64,000 bases of DNA from Candidatus Latescibacterota bacterium (GTDB lineage: Bacteria; Latescibacterota; UBA2968; UBA8231). A program made the translations under genes and the position numbers. Below the pieces are notes generated by a model. It searched no databases, was not told where the DNA came from, and saw only the letters and a program-made list of their open reading frames with translations. The stretch lies in contig CBDCXV010000001.1 in NCBI GenBank assembly GCA_965223905.1, positions 352,001 through 416,000 on the forward strand, in the 5' to 3' direction. This document shows positions 11,368 to 21,262 of the stretch, one piece after another (the stretch's first letter is position 1; each line of letters starts with the position of its first letter).

Positions 11368-12471
11368 ATGCCAGCAGAAAAAAAGGGGTTGACTTACGGG
11401 GAAATCGGGGTCGACACGGACGCCGCCCTCGGCGCCCTCCAACGCCTTCTGTATTGGGTCAATCAGCCGGAACACTGCCGCTACGACGGCAGCTCGGTCG
11501 GCAGTGTGGCGCTCGAGTCGGGGTTTTTCGCAACCGTGATCGACATCGGAAACCTCGGCCTGGCGATGACGACCGACGGCGTCGGGACCAAGCTGCTGGT
11601 TGCCCAGATGATGAAGAAGTACGACACCGTCGGCATCGACTGCGTCGCCATGGTCGTAAACGATCTGGTATGCGTCGGGGCCGAACCGGTCTCCATGCTC
11701 GACTACATCGCCGTGGAGAAGGCGGATCCGGACGTATTCGAGCAGATCGGTGTCGGTCTGCAGCGCGGGGCAGATTACGCGAACGTCTCGATTTCCGGAG
11801 GGGAAGTCGCCCAGGTAAAGGAGATGCTGCGGGGCTACCGGGAGGGCAGCGGCCTGGACCTGGTCGGCATGGCCATCGGCCTGGTGCCGCTCGAGGAGAT
11901 GATCGTGGGGGAGGAGATAGATGACGGCGACGTGGTGGTCGGCTTGAAGAGCAACGGCATCCACAGCAACGGTTACACCCTGGCTCGCAAGGTCCTGTTC
12001 GAGGAAATGGGCTTGACGGTCGATTCCCATGTCCCGGAACTGGGTCGCAGCGTAGGTGAGGAGCTGTTGCGCCCTACCGCCATCTATGTGCGCCCGGCCA
12101 TCGACATGATGCGGGCTGACGTGCGCATCAAGGCATTCAGTCACATGACCAGCGACGGGTTTCTCAACCTGCTGCGGGTGCGCACGAATACCGGTTTCGT
12201 TCTCGACTACCTGCCTGAGCCGGATCCGGTGTTTCAGGTGCTCCAGGAAGGGGGCCAGCTGGCGGACGAGGAGATGTTTCTCGTCTTCAACATGGGGATC
12301 GGGTTCGGGGTGGTTACCCCGGAACAGGATGCCGCCGCAGTTCGCGCCATTGCTCGGCGCCACGGCTTTGAAGCCTGGGTCCTGGGGCGGGCCGCTGGCG
12401 ATATAGCGGGTAGAGTAATCGTCGAGCCGCGGCAATTGATCGGCGAGAACGACGAATTCCGAAAGATCTGA
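11368..12471 (+). CDS. purM: phosphoribosylformylglycinamidine cyclo-ligase
   Basis: TDGVGTK, IDCVAMVVND, SNGIHSNGY, FNMGIG; AGGAG RBS. Confidence 0.93.
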   Translation: MPAEKKGLTYGEIGVDTDAALGALQRLLYWVNQPEHCRYDGSSVGSVALESGFFATVIDIGNLGLAMTTDGVGTKLLVAQMMKKYDTVGIDCVAMVVNDLVCVGAEPVSMLDYIAVEKADPDVFEQIGVGLQRGADYANVSISGGEVAQVKEMLRGYREGSGLDLVGMAIGLVPLEEMIVGEEIDDGDVVVGLKSNGIHSNGYTLARKVLFEEMGLTVDSHVPELGRSVGEELLRPTAIYVRPAIDMMRADVRIKAFSHMTSDGFLNLLRVRTNTGFVLDYLPEPDPVFQVLQEGGQLADEEMFLVFNMGIGFGVVTPEQDAAAVRAIARRHGFEAWVLGRAAGDIAGRVIVEPRQLIGENDEFRKI

Positions 12472-12667
12472 TCGTTACCTGCTGCAGCCTCGAGCAGCGG
12501 AGAGCCCCCCTTCCCAGGGGCTTCCGGGACACCCGCGCCCGCCCCTGAGACATACGTTTACTTGGTGACGTAAACAATGGCTGGCTTGGGCTTGGTTTCA
12601 TGTCCGGGTAATCGCGAAGGAGACCACAGCGGCATTTCCTGCGGCTGCAGATTGTCGGAACGGAGGG

Positions 12668-13744
12668 TTACTTCCTGACCGGCTCGAACTTCGGATGCCG
12701 AGGCTCGCGGTCCCGAAACAGGCGGATTCTGGAATCGCGTAGGGGCAAGTGAATGCGTTTTCCCCCCTGCAGATGTGACTCGATGAAGGCGAAGATCAGT
12801 TCCGTGCTCTGGTGAGCGGACCGCACGCCGCCGCGTGGGGGTTCGCCGGTGTCGAGGGAATGCGCGAGATCCTCGATAATGGCCTGGGTGCTGCTCGCCT
12901 CAACGAGGTCCATTGAAGTGCGCTCGACCTGGGACTCGCCGGCGACCTCCCGGGTGCTGGCCACTTCCCACAGATTCTCCGGTTCCTGGCCCAGAACCGA
13001 ACCCTCTTCACAGATCAGCTCGAACCGGAGTCCGTGGCCGGTGTTGAGCGCATAACCGTAGGCCCCGTCGGAGAATCGGAAAATACCTTCGCCTACCGGA
13101 TCCTCGGTGAGGATGTCTCCCTCGAAGAGATCCTCTTCGGGGTCGCGGAGAAACCCCTGGACCCAGTCGACGGGGACGTCGCCGTGGAGCCGAAGCATGA
13201 GGTCGAACGTATGGCTGGCGCTGTTGAAAAGTGTCCCCGTCCAATGCGAGACGACAGCCTGCAGGGGGCCCAGGCGTCCGCTGGCAACCACTTCCCTGAG
13301 TTTATCCCAGCGGGTGTCCCAGCGGCGGTTGGTGCCGATGTTGAAGAATACTCCCTTTGCTTCGCAAGCTGCCACCATGGCATCAGCCTCTGCCATCGAG
13401 GCGGCCATCGCTTTTTCGGCGTAAATCCCCCGCACACCTGACGCGACACCGTCGAGGACGATCCGGGCTCGGTGCTCCGGTTGCGTGGCGACGCTGACGA
13501 TGTCGGGTTTTTCCCTGGCAAGCATCTCCCGGTAATCGAGGTATTGGTGGTCAGCCGCGACTCCGTAACGCTCACCCGCCCTGGCCATGACCTCTTCTCG
13601 CGTGTCCGAAAGGGCAATCAGTTCTGTACGGGAGGAGGCTTCATATCCGGCCGCGTGCGAATAGGCGAACTGCCTGTTGCCTTCATTGTCGATAAATGCC
13701 CCCATTCGGCTACAGCCGATCAGTGCCGCCCGATAAACTTTCAT
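12668..13744 (-). CDS. Gfo/Idh/MocA family oxidoreductase
   Basis: N-terminal IGCSRMG Rossmann motif, PDIVSVAT, EKAMA, SHTFD. Confidence 0.88.
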   Translation of the reverse strand: MKVYRAALIGCSRMGAFIDNEGNRQFAYSHAAGYEASSRTELIALSDTREEVMARAGERYGVAADHQYLDYREMLAREKPDIVSVATQPEHRARIVLDGVASGVRGIYAEKAMAASMAEADAMVAACEAKGVFFNIGTNRRWDTRWDKLREVVASGRLGPLQAVVSHWTGTLFNSASHTFDLMLRLHGDVPVDWVQGFLRDPEEDLFEGDILTEDPVGEGIFRFSDGAYGYALNTGHGLRFELICEEGSVLGQEPENLWEVASTREVAGESQVERTSMDLVEASSTQAIIEDLAHSLDTGEPPRGGVRSAHQSTELIFAFIESHLQGGKRIHLPLRDSRIRLFRDREPRHPKFEPVRK

Positions 13745-13820
13745 TTTTTCCTCCTATTGTCGATATTTAAGAAAATCAATAGCTGAAAAAGGGTCAAAAG
13801 TATGCAGTATTCAACGAAAG

Positions 13821-13850
13821 TTTTCCACAACTATGTTGGTATGTGGAAAA
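13821..13850. promoter_or_regulatory. inverted pair of DnaA-box-like 9-mers or TF operator
   Basis: TTTTCCACA (13821-13829) and TGTGGAAAA (13842-13850) in an AT-rich divergent intergenic region. Confidence 0.45.
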
Positions 13851-14016
13851 TCCCTCAGGGGTAGACTTGGTTCCATCCTCTGAATTTCAGGAAGTTTCCG
13901 GGATCTGATCCTTGATCAGGGACTGGCCGAATCTCAAAAACCCGGGATTTGGGTGCCGGAAATCAATTATTGTTTGACACCTTTTCCAGTAATAAGCCTT
14001 GGGCAGGTCGGGACAG

Positions 14017-15177
14017 ATGGATAGACCAGGAAGCGATCGGGCCGGCCGGGTCGACAAGCAGCCCGATGGGCATCTCGAGTTCATCCCGAACCCGCTTCCA
14101 CCCCGAATAGAGGTGGGACCGTCGCTCTGGAATCGGCTCGGAGAAGCCGAGCGCGCCCTGGGCTGGATTTCGGGCCGGGCAGCCCATCTCGATGACGCCG
14201 CCCCCTATGCCGCATTGGCACTTCGGAGGGAAGCGGTCCTGGCCACTCGTCTCGAGGGCAATCCAGTGGCGCTTTCCGACCTGCTCTGGTATTCCCTCGA
14301 CGGCACCGAGGCAGAAGGCCTGCAATCCCCCCGCGGAGCGGTTCAGGCAGCCCTCAACTACGTTCTTGCGGCGGAGCACCTGCTGACAGCGGTTCGCCAG
14401 ACCGGGTTTTCCACGGTCACTCTCCGGCAGGCGCACCAAGAGATCTTCGAGGGGTTGAAGGGGAGGGACGAAACCCCGGGCAACTACCGTTCGTCGGAGA
14501 TCTGGATAGGGCCCTCCGGCAGCACGGCGCACGATGCCCACTTCGTTCCCCCTCCTCACCGGCAGATTCCCCGGATGATGCAGGAACTCGACCGTTTCCT
14601 GCAACAGGACCGGACAACGCCGCCGCTGGTTGCCGCCGGGCTTCTTTACTATCAACTGGAGACCGTCCACCCCTTCGTCGACGGAAACGGCAGGGTCGCC
14701 CGCCTCTCTGTGCAGCTGTTGCTCGGGAGGGAGCGCGGGTTCTGGCCGCAATTCGTCAGTATTGCATCGATCTTCGGACGCGACCCCCGCGACCACTTCG
14801 AGCGCCTGCAACGAGTGCGTCTGCGAGGGGATTGGGAAGGGTGGATCAGCTACTTCCTGGAAAGTATCTGCGAAGCGGCCGAGGAGGGAGCGAAATTGCT
14901 GACCTGGCTGGTCCGGCTTCGCTCCGAGCACCGCGAGCTGCTGTGCAGGGAACTTGGTGGAACGGCCGGCCCGGCGATGGTCCTGCTCGATTCGCTGTTT
15001 CCCCAGCCCCTGATAAGCGTCGCCACAGCGGCCGAAATCACCGGGCGCACGTTCGCCAACACCAACAACCTGATTGCGCGGCTCGAAAGCAGGGGACTGC
15101 TGACCGAGATCAGCGGCCGGCGTCGCCATCGTCGCTTCTGCTACCAACCCTTTCTGACCCTCATGCAGTCCGGTTGA
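14017..15177 (+). CDS. Fic family protein (Fic_N + Fido + C-terminal HTH)
   Basis: HPFVDGNGRVAR Fic motif; FIPNPLPP N-terminus; ATRLEGN resembling the (S/T)xxxE(G/N) inhibitory motif; EISGRRRHR C-terminal HTH. Confidence 0.92.
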   Translation: MDRPGSDRAGRVDKQPDGHLEFIPNPLPPRIEVGPSLWNRLGEAERALGWISGRAAHLDDAAPYAALALRREAVLATRLEGNPVALSDLLWYSLDGTEAEGLQSPRGAVQAALNYVLAAEHLLTAVRQTGFSTVTLRQAHQEIFEGLKGRDETPGNYRSSEIWIGPSGSTAHDAHFVPPPHRQIPRMMQELDRFLQQDRTTPPLVAAGLLYYQLETVHPFVDGNGRVARLSVQLLLGRERGFWPQFVSIASIFGRDPRDHFERLQRVRLRGDWEGWISYFLESICEAAEEGAKLLTWLVRLRSEHRELLCRELGGTAGPAMVLLDSLFPQPLISVATAAEITGRTFANTNNLIARLESRGLLTEISGRRRHRRFCYQPFLTLMQSG

Positions 15178-15335
15178 TACCGGGCCGCCCTTGGTGCCTG
15201 CGCGCGTAGAAAGCGTACGAAGAGGGCGAGGACCAACTGCCTCCTTCGCCGATGCGCCCGGCTCGCAAGGCGCCTGAGCGAGCCGTACCGGGGTTGTACG
15301 ACGGCCGAATTCACGCGGAATTGCGCGCGAAGACA

Positions 15336-16412
15336 CTAGACGTGGAAGACGTACAGATCGCGGTCGGCGATCGGCAGATCGACCCAGCTTCCGCCGCGGC
15401 GATGGCTTTCGGCAACCGCCAGCGTGGCTTCGGTGATGTGGTGGGTGACATCGACGTGGCCGCGCGTCGGCCTGGCGTTCTCAAAGGCGTCGACGAGATC
15501 CTCGAGGCAGGAGATCGTGGCGCTCTTGGGGGGCGACTTCGGCAGCTCACATCCCTCCCAGCCGTAGCGGTCTTCACCCTCCCTGCGCCGCATTACTGCT
15601 CCGGCGCCGTTGTCCAGCGAGCGGACCATACCCTCGGTGCCCAGCACCTCGAACTGCCAGTTTCCGGCCGGGACAGACCAGCCGCGTACCCCGTTTTGGA
15701 ACAGCAGCTCGTAGGTTCCGAGGGGGTCGTGGGGAATGAAGCTGTTCTCGATGTGGAGGTCTCTCGGGTCGAGTTCTCCTCGCACCTGGGTGATTGCGGG
15801 GTCGCCGATCAGCCAGGACAGGGTGTCGATCGAATGGATGTGTCCGTGCAGCAGGCTCGACTGGGCGTAGTGAACGACAGCAACGGGGCCGCCGATCTCC
15901 CCTTTGAGAACGGCCTCGCGAACCGGGTCGTAGCGCACGTCGAAGCGCCGTAGAACCCCCGAGTTGAAGAGGGTACCGTTGCGCTTTACGGCATCGCGCA
16001 ACTCGTCGCATCGCCGCATCGAGCAGGCCACCGCTTTCTCTACGAACAGCATCGGGACTCCGAGGTCGGCCAGGGCCACGGTGAGATCGGCGTGGGCGTC
16101 GCCCCGGAACTCTGGTGAAGGCGCCTCGTTGCCAGGTTTCTGCAAGCCTGTTGCCGTCGTACAGACGGCAACGATGTCGGGGCTCTCCCGCCGGACCATT
16201 TCAGCGTAGTCGTCGTACACGGGGACCCCGTAGCGCTCGGCAAACCCGCTGCGCCTGTCGGCGAGCAGGTCGCAGCCAGCGGCCAGTTCGAGGCGTTCGC
16301 TCGCCAGCGTTGAATTGGCGATGGAATAAGGCAGGTCACTGTTCGGCTGTTGATCGTCGATATAGGATCCCATACGTCCCAGGCCGAGAACGCCGACGCG
16401 ATAGGTCTTCAC
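15336..16412 (-). CDS. Gfo/Idh/MocA family oxidoreductase
   Basis: GTG start after GAGG; GLGRMG, PDIVAVCT, EKAVA, HSID. Confidence 0.87.
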   Translation of the reverse strand: MKTYRVGVLGLGRMGSYIDDQQPNSDLPYSIANSTLASERLELAAGCDLLADRRSGFAERYGVPVYDDYAEMVRRESPDIVAVCTTATGLQKPGNEAPSPEFRGDAHADLTVALADLGVPMLFVEKAVACSMRRCDELRDAVKRNGTLFNSGVLRRFDVRYDPVREAVLKGEIGGPVAVVHYAQSSLLHGHIHSIDTLSWLIGDPAITQVRGELDPRDLHIENSFIPHDPLGTYELLFQNGVRGWSVPAGNWQFEVLGTEGMVRSLDNGAGAVMRRREGEDRYGWEGCELPKSPPKSATISCLEDLVDAFENARPTRGHVDVTHHITEATLAVAESHRRGGSWVDLPIADRDLYVFHV

Positions 16413-16661
16413 AGTACGAACCTCTTCGGAAAGGTGGGTGAAGGAACCAAGGTGAGCTATCGGGTGAGCAAGATGTGCAACAACGCGGACGCTCTCAAGC
16501 AGGCTTGCAGAACCAAGAACCCGGGGCAGGTGTGTTCGGGTGGGGTCCGAATAGCGAGGTGCCCCGTCCCGGCGCAGACAGTGTCCAGATCCAGTAGCCG
16601 TGAGTGGTGAAGTGGTGTAAGGTCTACGTTTCACCTGCGATTATCGAAAGGAGGATGTCCC

Positions 16662-17234
16662 ATGGTGACACTGACCGAGCTATGGCTTCCGATTCTGCTG
16701 TCGGGAGCCTTGGTCTGGATTGTCAGCGCCCTCGTCTGGATGGTGCTGCCCCATCACAAGTCGGATTTCGCCGGTCTGCCTGACGAGGAGGCTGCGCGGC
16801 AGGCGCTGCAGCCGCAGAATCTGGAGCCCGGCCTCTACAACATTCCCCACGTGCCCTCGCGGGATGCGGCCAGGCAGCCGGAGCAGAGGAAGAAATTCAC
16901 CGACGGCCCAGTGGCCTTCGTCACCGTGTTGCCGAACAAGGATCCCGCGATGGCCGGACAAATGCTCGCATCCTTCGCGTACTTCGTCATTGCCGGCATC
17001 GCCGTCGCCTACGTGAGTGGACGCGTACTGGCACCGGGCGCGGAGTACCTTCAGGTGTTTCGCGTCGCCGGGACGGTGGCTTGGCTGACATATGGTTGGG
17101 GCCGCGTTCTGGAATCCGTGTGGTTCGGTTTGCCGTGGTCGCAACAGGTCAAGCACCTGTTCGACGCGCTGCTGTACGCGCTGGCGACCGCCGCGACCTT
17201 CGCCTGGCTGTGGCCCCCGGCCATGGCGGGGTAG
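16662..17234 (+). CDS. hypothetical integral membrane protein
   Basis: AGGAGG RBS; four hydrophobic segments; PHHKSD motif. Confidence 0.75.
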   Translation: MVTLTELWLPILLSGALVWIVSALVWMVLPHHKSDFAGLPDEEAARQALQPQNLEPGLYNIPHVPSRDAARQPEQRKKFTDGPVAFVTVLPNKDPAMAGQMLASFAYFVIAGIAVAYVSGRVLAPGAEYLQVFRVAGTVAWLTYGWGRVLESVWFGLPWSQQVKHLFDALLYALATAATFAWLWPPAMAG

Positions 17235-17271
17235 CGGCCATTTCGAGAGTCGACTCAAAACAACAGGGCAA

Positions 17272-18172
17272 ATGATGGATACCGACTGTCTCAAACACGC
17301 GCTTACCGAAGAAGAGCGGGTCCGGTTCGAGCGGGATGGGTACTTCGTTCTGGAGGATGCCATGTCGACGACGCAGGTCGCCGGTCTCACCGAGGCCCTA
17401 CGACCGCATCGTCGACGAGGCCTGCGCGGGTGGACAGTATCCCGACAAGCGATTTACGATTCGCGACGTCCTGTGGCGCGACCCGCTGTTTCTCGATCTC
17501 CTCGATTGGCCAACCACCCTGCCGAAGGTGTGGGGGATTCTGGGGTGGAACATCCAGGCTTACCACACCGTTCTGATGTACCGCCCACCCGAGCCCGGCA
17601 AGACCGAGGTCGACTTCCTGGGCTGGCACCAGGACAGCGGCCAGTTGAACCTGGATCTCGAGGTCAGCCCGAGGCCGCGGATCTCGATCAAGGTTGCGTT
17701 CTTCCTTAGCGACTGCACCGAGCCTGGGAGGGCAAACTTCTGGGCGATTCCGGGCAGTCACCTGCAGGACGAGCTGGAGCGCCCGGCGGACGGATCCGCC
17801 CCGGAAGGGTCGGTGCCGATTCTGGTGCCGGCAGGGGGAGCCGTCCTCTTCGACCGCCGGATCTGGCACGCTTCCAGCGCCAACATTTCCGCGGTTACCC
17901 GCAAGGCCCTCTTCTATGGATATAGCTACCGTTGGCTGCGGCCGCGCGACGACCAGAGCGTCGAGAAGCTGTTCGGTCAGTGCGAGCCGATCCGGAGACA
18001 GCTGCTGGGGTACTCGGAAACGGGGGGCTACGGGAAGAGGACGTACCGCTACGGGGGTGGCTGCGCGAGCATGTCGGAGACTGGGCAGCGGCCTGAAGCG
18101 GGTTTCCGCAAGCGGGGCCCTCGGGACGTATACTGCCAAAAGTATACGTCCCGAGGGGGTTTTTCGTCGTAA
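17272..18172 (+). pseudogene. phytanoyl-CoA dioxygenase (PhyH) family, frameshifted
   Basis: FERDGYFVLEDA in one frame; WHQDSG, IPGSH, IWHA in the next; extra C at CCC 17396-17398; 3' end looks atypical. Confidence 0.8.
18118..18164. terminator. perfect 17-bp inverted repeat (terminator or operator)
   Basis: CCCTCGGGACGTATACT-GCCAAA-AGTATACGTCCCGAGGG followed by GGTTTTT, between convergent genes. Confidence 0.6.
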
Positions 18173-18184
18173 AATGCAGCAAAA

Positions 18185-18268
18185 TGTGGAAAAGAGTTGT
18201 GAACTACCCAGGAGGGGGAGAGCAAAGTTTTCCACATCTGCCCTGTGGACTACCATGCTTTTTCCACA
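18185..18268. promoter_or_regulatory. cluster of DnaA-box-like 9-mers
   Basis: TGTGGAAAA 18185, TTTTCCACA 18228 and 18260, degenerate TGTGAACTA 18198 and TGTGGACTA 18244. Confidence 0.45.
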
Positions 18269-18633
18269 GAGACCTCCGGGATCGGATACCTCATCTGATT
18301 GAGGCTGAAGATGCGGCCGCCGGTGCGGATGGCGGTGGCGGCGAGAAATGCGGCGCCCAGGTCGATCCCGTAAGTCGGGTTCCACTGCCGGTACAGGCCC
18401 GCCGCGGTGTCGGCGATTGCCTGATCGATCGGAGCGGTTTTGAAGCCGCTGAGGAACAGGAGGGTGCTTTCCTCTTCCCCCATATGCATCGAAGAGAGGA
18501 TTTCGCTGCGGTCGAGGGCGCCAATCCACGGTTCATAGGCGGGGTTGGCGGCCAGTTTCCTCAGAAATTTCAAAGCTTTGCGTTTCCCGCGTAAATGGCG
18601 GATTAGAATCTCGGAATCGACGTAAGCTCTCAT
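18250..18633 (-). CDS. PIN-domain (VapC-like) toxin
   Basis: YVDSEILI N-terminus, AFLAATA, 127 aa, overlaps the antitoxin stop; some acidic catalytic residues appear substituted. Confidence 0.85.
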   Translation of the reverse strand: MRAYVDSEILIRHLRGKRKALKFLRKLAANPAYEPWIGALDRSEILSSMHMGEEESTLLFLSGFKTAPIDQAIADTAAGLYRQWNPTYGIDLGAAFLAATAIRTGGRIFSLNQMRYPIPEVSVEKAW

Positions 18634-18896
18634 GCATCCACCTCCCGGCGGGGCAATGAATCGCTGAGAATGCCGCGGCCGCGCTGCGTTGTTTCGATGA
18701 CGCTTTCGGTGCGTTCCCAGGCCCCGAAGGTCTGCGTGAACACGTCGAGTTTGCCGGTTTCCGACTCGACTTCCTCGGCGTAGCGGGCAATTGCCTTTTC
18801 AATCAAGGCTTTTTTGGTACCCCCGAGCCTGCGCATGAGCTGGTCGAGGCGGTGGATTACGGATTCGTCTACGCGGACGGACAGGACGCGGTCCAT
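18630..18896 (-). CDS. ribbon-helix-helix antitoxin
   Basis: VLSVRVDE beta-strand plus two helices (LIEKAI); FGAW motif; directly upstream of the PIN gene. Confidence 0.82.
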   Translation of the reverse strand: MDRVLSVRVDESVIHRLDQLMRRLGGTKKALIEKAIARYAEEVESETGKLDVFTQTFGAWERTESVIETTQRGRGILSDSLPRREVDA

Positions 18897-18936
18897 GGGC
18901 AGGCTCCCTCCAGATCATGTGTGGTATGTATACGCA

Positions 18937-18952
18937 TGTACGTAAACGTACA
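18937..18952. promoter_or_regulatory. putative TA autoregulatory operator
   Basis: palindrome TGTACGT-AA-ACGTACA about 40 bp upstream of the RHH gene. Confidence 0.55.
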
Positions 18953-19143
18953 CACGGACAAGTGAGCCGTGCAACCGTCACCGATGAAGCAGCCATTGGA
19001 ATTGACCGGTTGGGATCCGGAGGATATCTCCGCCTCCTGCGGTCACGAGAGTGTCCGGGCGGAAGGTTGCCCATGACCTGCGGCAGGGGCATACTTGCCG
19101 TGCCGAAGGAAAGTCGCGCGAGGTCTCGGGGTCGCGAACAGCA

Positions 19144-19183
19144 GCGTGAGACGAATTACCGGAGCGCGAGACGAATTACCGGC
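19144..19183 (+). repeat. 20-bp tandem direct repeat, 2 copies
   Basis: GCGTGAGACGAATTACCGGA / GCGCGAGACGAATTACCGGC. Confidence 0.85.
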
Positions 19184-19227
19184 TTTATTCGGCTTTAACG
19201 GTGGGCTGAAATGAGGAAGGAAGCGTC

Positions 19228-20032
19228 ATGACCGGTGGTGAATTCGACCGTCATTGCGAGAACGTCGAAAAAGACGGGTACACGGTTCTGCCGGCTGCGT
19301 TGACCGGCGAGGAGTGCGAAGCGGCCACGGTGGAGCTGGAGCGGCTGGCAGAGGAAAAGGACCGAGGCGGGCTCGAGTGCGTATTCAACAAGGCGCCCGT
19401 CTTTGAAAGGGCCTACCAGGTTCCCTCCGTGTTGCGGCTGGTCCGCCACTTTCTGGGAGGAGATGCAGTCCTGTGTGCCGTTCACGGTTCCGTCATCGAG
19501 CCCGGCCAGGGGGGCGGGGGGGGTGCACGCCGACGGAGCGGTTACCGGCCATCTGCGGTCTCGGTCCCAGGCAGCCGCCGACAAGGGGCGCCGCATCACA
19601 TCTCACGCGATGTCGATCAACACGATCTTCTGTGTCGGAGAATTCACCGCAACCAACGGCGCCACCCAGCTGGTTCCGGGCAGCCACAAGGTCGAGTCGC
19701 TCGAGATCCCGGAGGACGCCGTCGGACGGGCTCGCATCATTGAAGCGGAACGGGGATCGGCGATCCTGTTTCACGCCAATATCTGGCACGGGAGCTCGAA
19801 GAACAGAAGCTCGCAAAGGCGCTACGCGATGATCGCGCCCTGGCGGCGCAACTGGTCGCGGGGGCCGTACGAACTGTGCCGCATGGTCGAGCCGGAGGTT
19901 ATGGAGCGCGCCGGAGCGGATGGGAAGCGGGTTTTCGGCTTCGATGCCCTGCAGCCGTACCTCGAACTCTGGCAATGGGACCGCGAAACAGGGGAGCCGA
20001 AGCCGGAGTTCAGAGAACTGAAACGGGATTGA
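19228..20032 (+). pseudogene. PhyH family dioxygenase, frameshifted in a G tract
   Basis: KDGYTVLP in frame 1; VHADG, NGATQLVPGSH, IWHG in frame 2; shift at G6-C-G8 (19509-19523). Confidence 0.82.
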
Positions 20033-20116
20033 GCGCGGAATGAGCGAACCGGAGGACACACTGTGCTCACGAGCAACCCCGGACATGCGGCGAGGCAAAA
20101 CCGGGCAGGGGGCGCA

Positions 20117-21220
20117 ATGAACGATAACGCCTACGTTGAATTCGACGGCGTCAGCAAGAGCTACGACGGGCGCACTCTGGTCGTCGGAAACATTAATTTC
20201 AGCGTCCGCAAGGGGGAGTTCCTGACCCTGCTGGGACCGTCCGGCTCGGGCAAGACGACCTGTCTGATGATGCTGGCCGGATTCGAGGTGCCCACCTCGG
20301 GCGCCATCCGCATCGACGGCCGCTCCGTGCATGCCCTGCCGCCGCGCAAGCGCGGCATCGGCATGGTGTTTCAGAACTACGCGCTCTTCCCGCACATGAC
20401 GGTGGGCCGCAACCTCGCCTTTCCCCTCGAAGTGCGCGGGTTCGACCGCGAGCAGTGCCGGGACCGCGTGGAGCGAGCCCTGCAGCTGGTCCGCCTCGAA
20501 GGCCTGGCGGACCGGCGGCCCGCCCAGCTCTCCGGCGGACAGCAGCAACGCGTGGCGATCGCCCGGGCGCTGATTTTCGATCCCGACCTGGTGCTGATGG
20601 ACGAACCGCTCGGCGCCCTCGACCGGCGCCTGCGCGAGGAGATGCAGTACGAGATCCGGCGTATCCACCAGAGCCTCGGCGTGACCGTGGTGTACGTCAC
20701 CCACGACCAGCAGGAGGCGATGGTGATGTCGGACCGGATCGCCGTGCTGCGGCGGGGGGACATCGAGCAGATCGCCGAACCGGAGGCCCTCTACGAAGAG
20801 CCGGAGAGTTCGTTCGTCGCCCGTTTCATCGGCGAGAACAACCGCCTGCACGGCCGGGTGACCACGGTCAGCGAGGACATCTGTACAGTGGAAAGCGGCG
20901 GTCAGACCATCCGGGCGCTACGCGTCGTGCCCTGCCGGCCCGGCGACGCAACCACCCTGTCGATTCGCCCCGAGCGGGTTGCCATCGCCCCCGAGCCGGG
21001 CCTGTACAGCAACGAGCTCGACGCCGCCATCGAGGACATCACCTTTCTCGGCGATCACCTGCGCCTGCGCCTGAACGTGTGCGGAAGCTCGGACTTCATC
21101 GCCAAGATCCCCAACGTCGTCGGGCACGGGGCGGTGCTGGAGGGCGACCGCATCCGCATCGGCTGGACGCCGACGGACTGTCGGGTTCTGGACCCGGATG
21201 AGGACGAGGACAGGCCGTAA
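20117..21220 (+). CDS. potA: spermidine/putrescine-type ABC transporter ATP-binding protein
   Basis: GPSGSGKT, VFQNYALFPHM, LSGGQQQR, DEPLGALD, C-terminal TOBE-like region. Confidence 0.88.
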   Translation: MNDNAYVEFDGVSKSYDGRTLVVGNINFSVRKGEFLTLLGPSGSGKTTCLMMLAGFEVPTSGAIRIDGRSVHALPPRKRGIGMVFQNYALFPHMTVGRNLAFPLEVRGFDREQCRDRVERALQLVRLEGLADRRPAQLSGGQQQRVAIARALIFDPDLVLMDEPLGALDRRLREEMQYEIRRIHQSLGVTVVYVTHDQQEAMVMSDRIAVLRRGDIEQIAEPEALYEEPESSFVARFIGENNRLHGRVTTVSEDICTVESGGQTIRALRVVPCRPGDATTLSIRPERVAIAPEPGLYSNELDAAIEDITFLGDHLRLRLNVCGSSDFIAKIPNVVGHGAVLEGDRIRIGWTPTDCRVLDPDEDEDRP

Positions 21221-21262
21221 CCTTCCCTTCCGGCCCCGGCGGACATGCCGGAGCGTTGGTCC

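Noticed and set aside
19144-19183. Possible CRISPR array
   Set aside because: Only two adjacent units, no spacer, no cas genes
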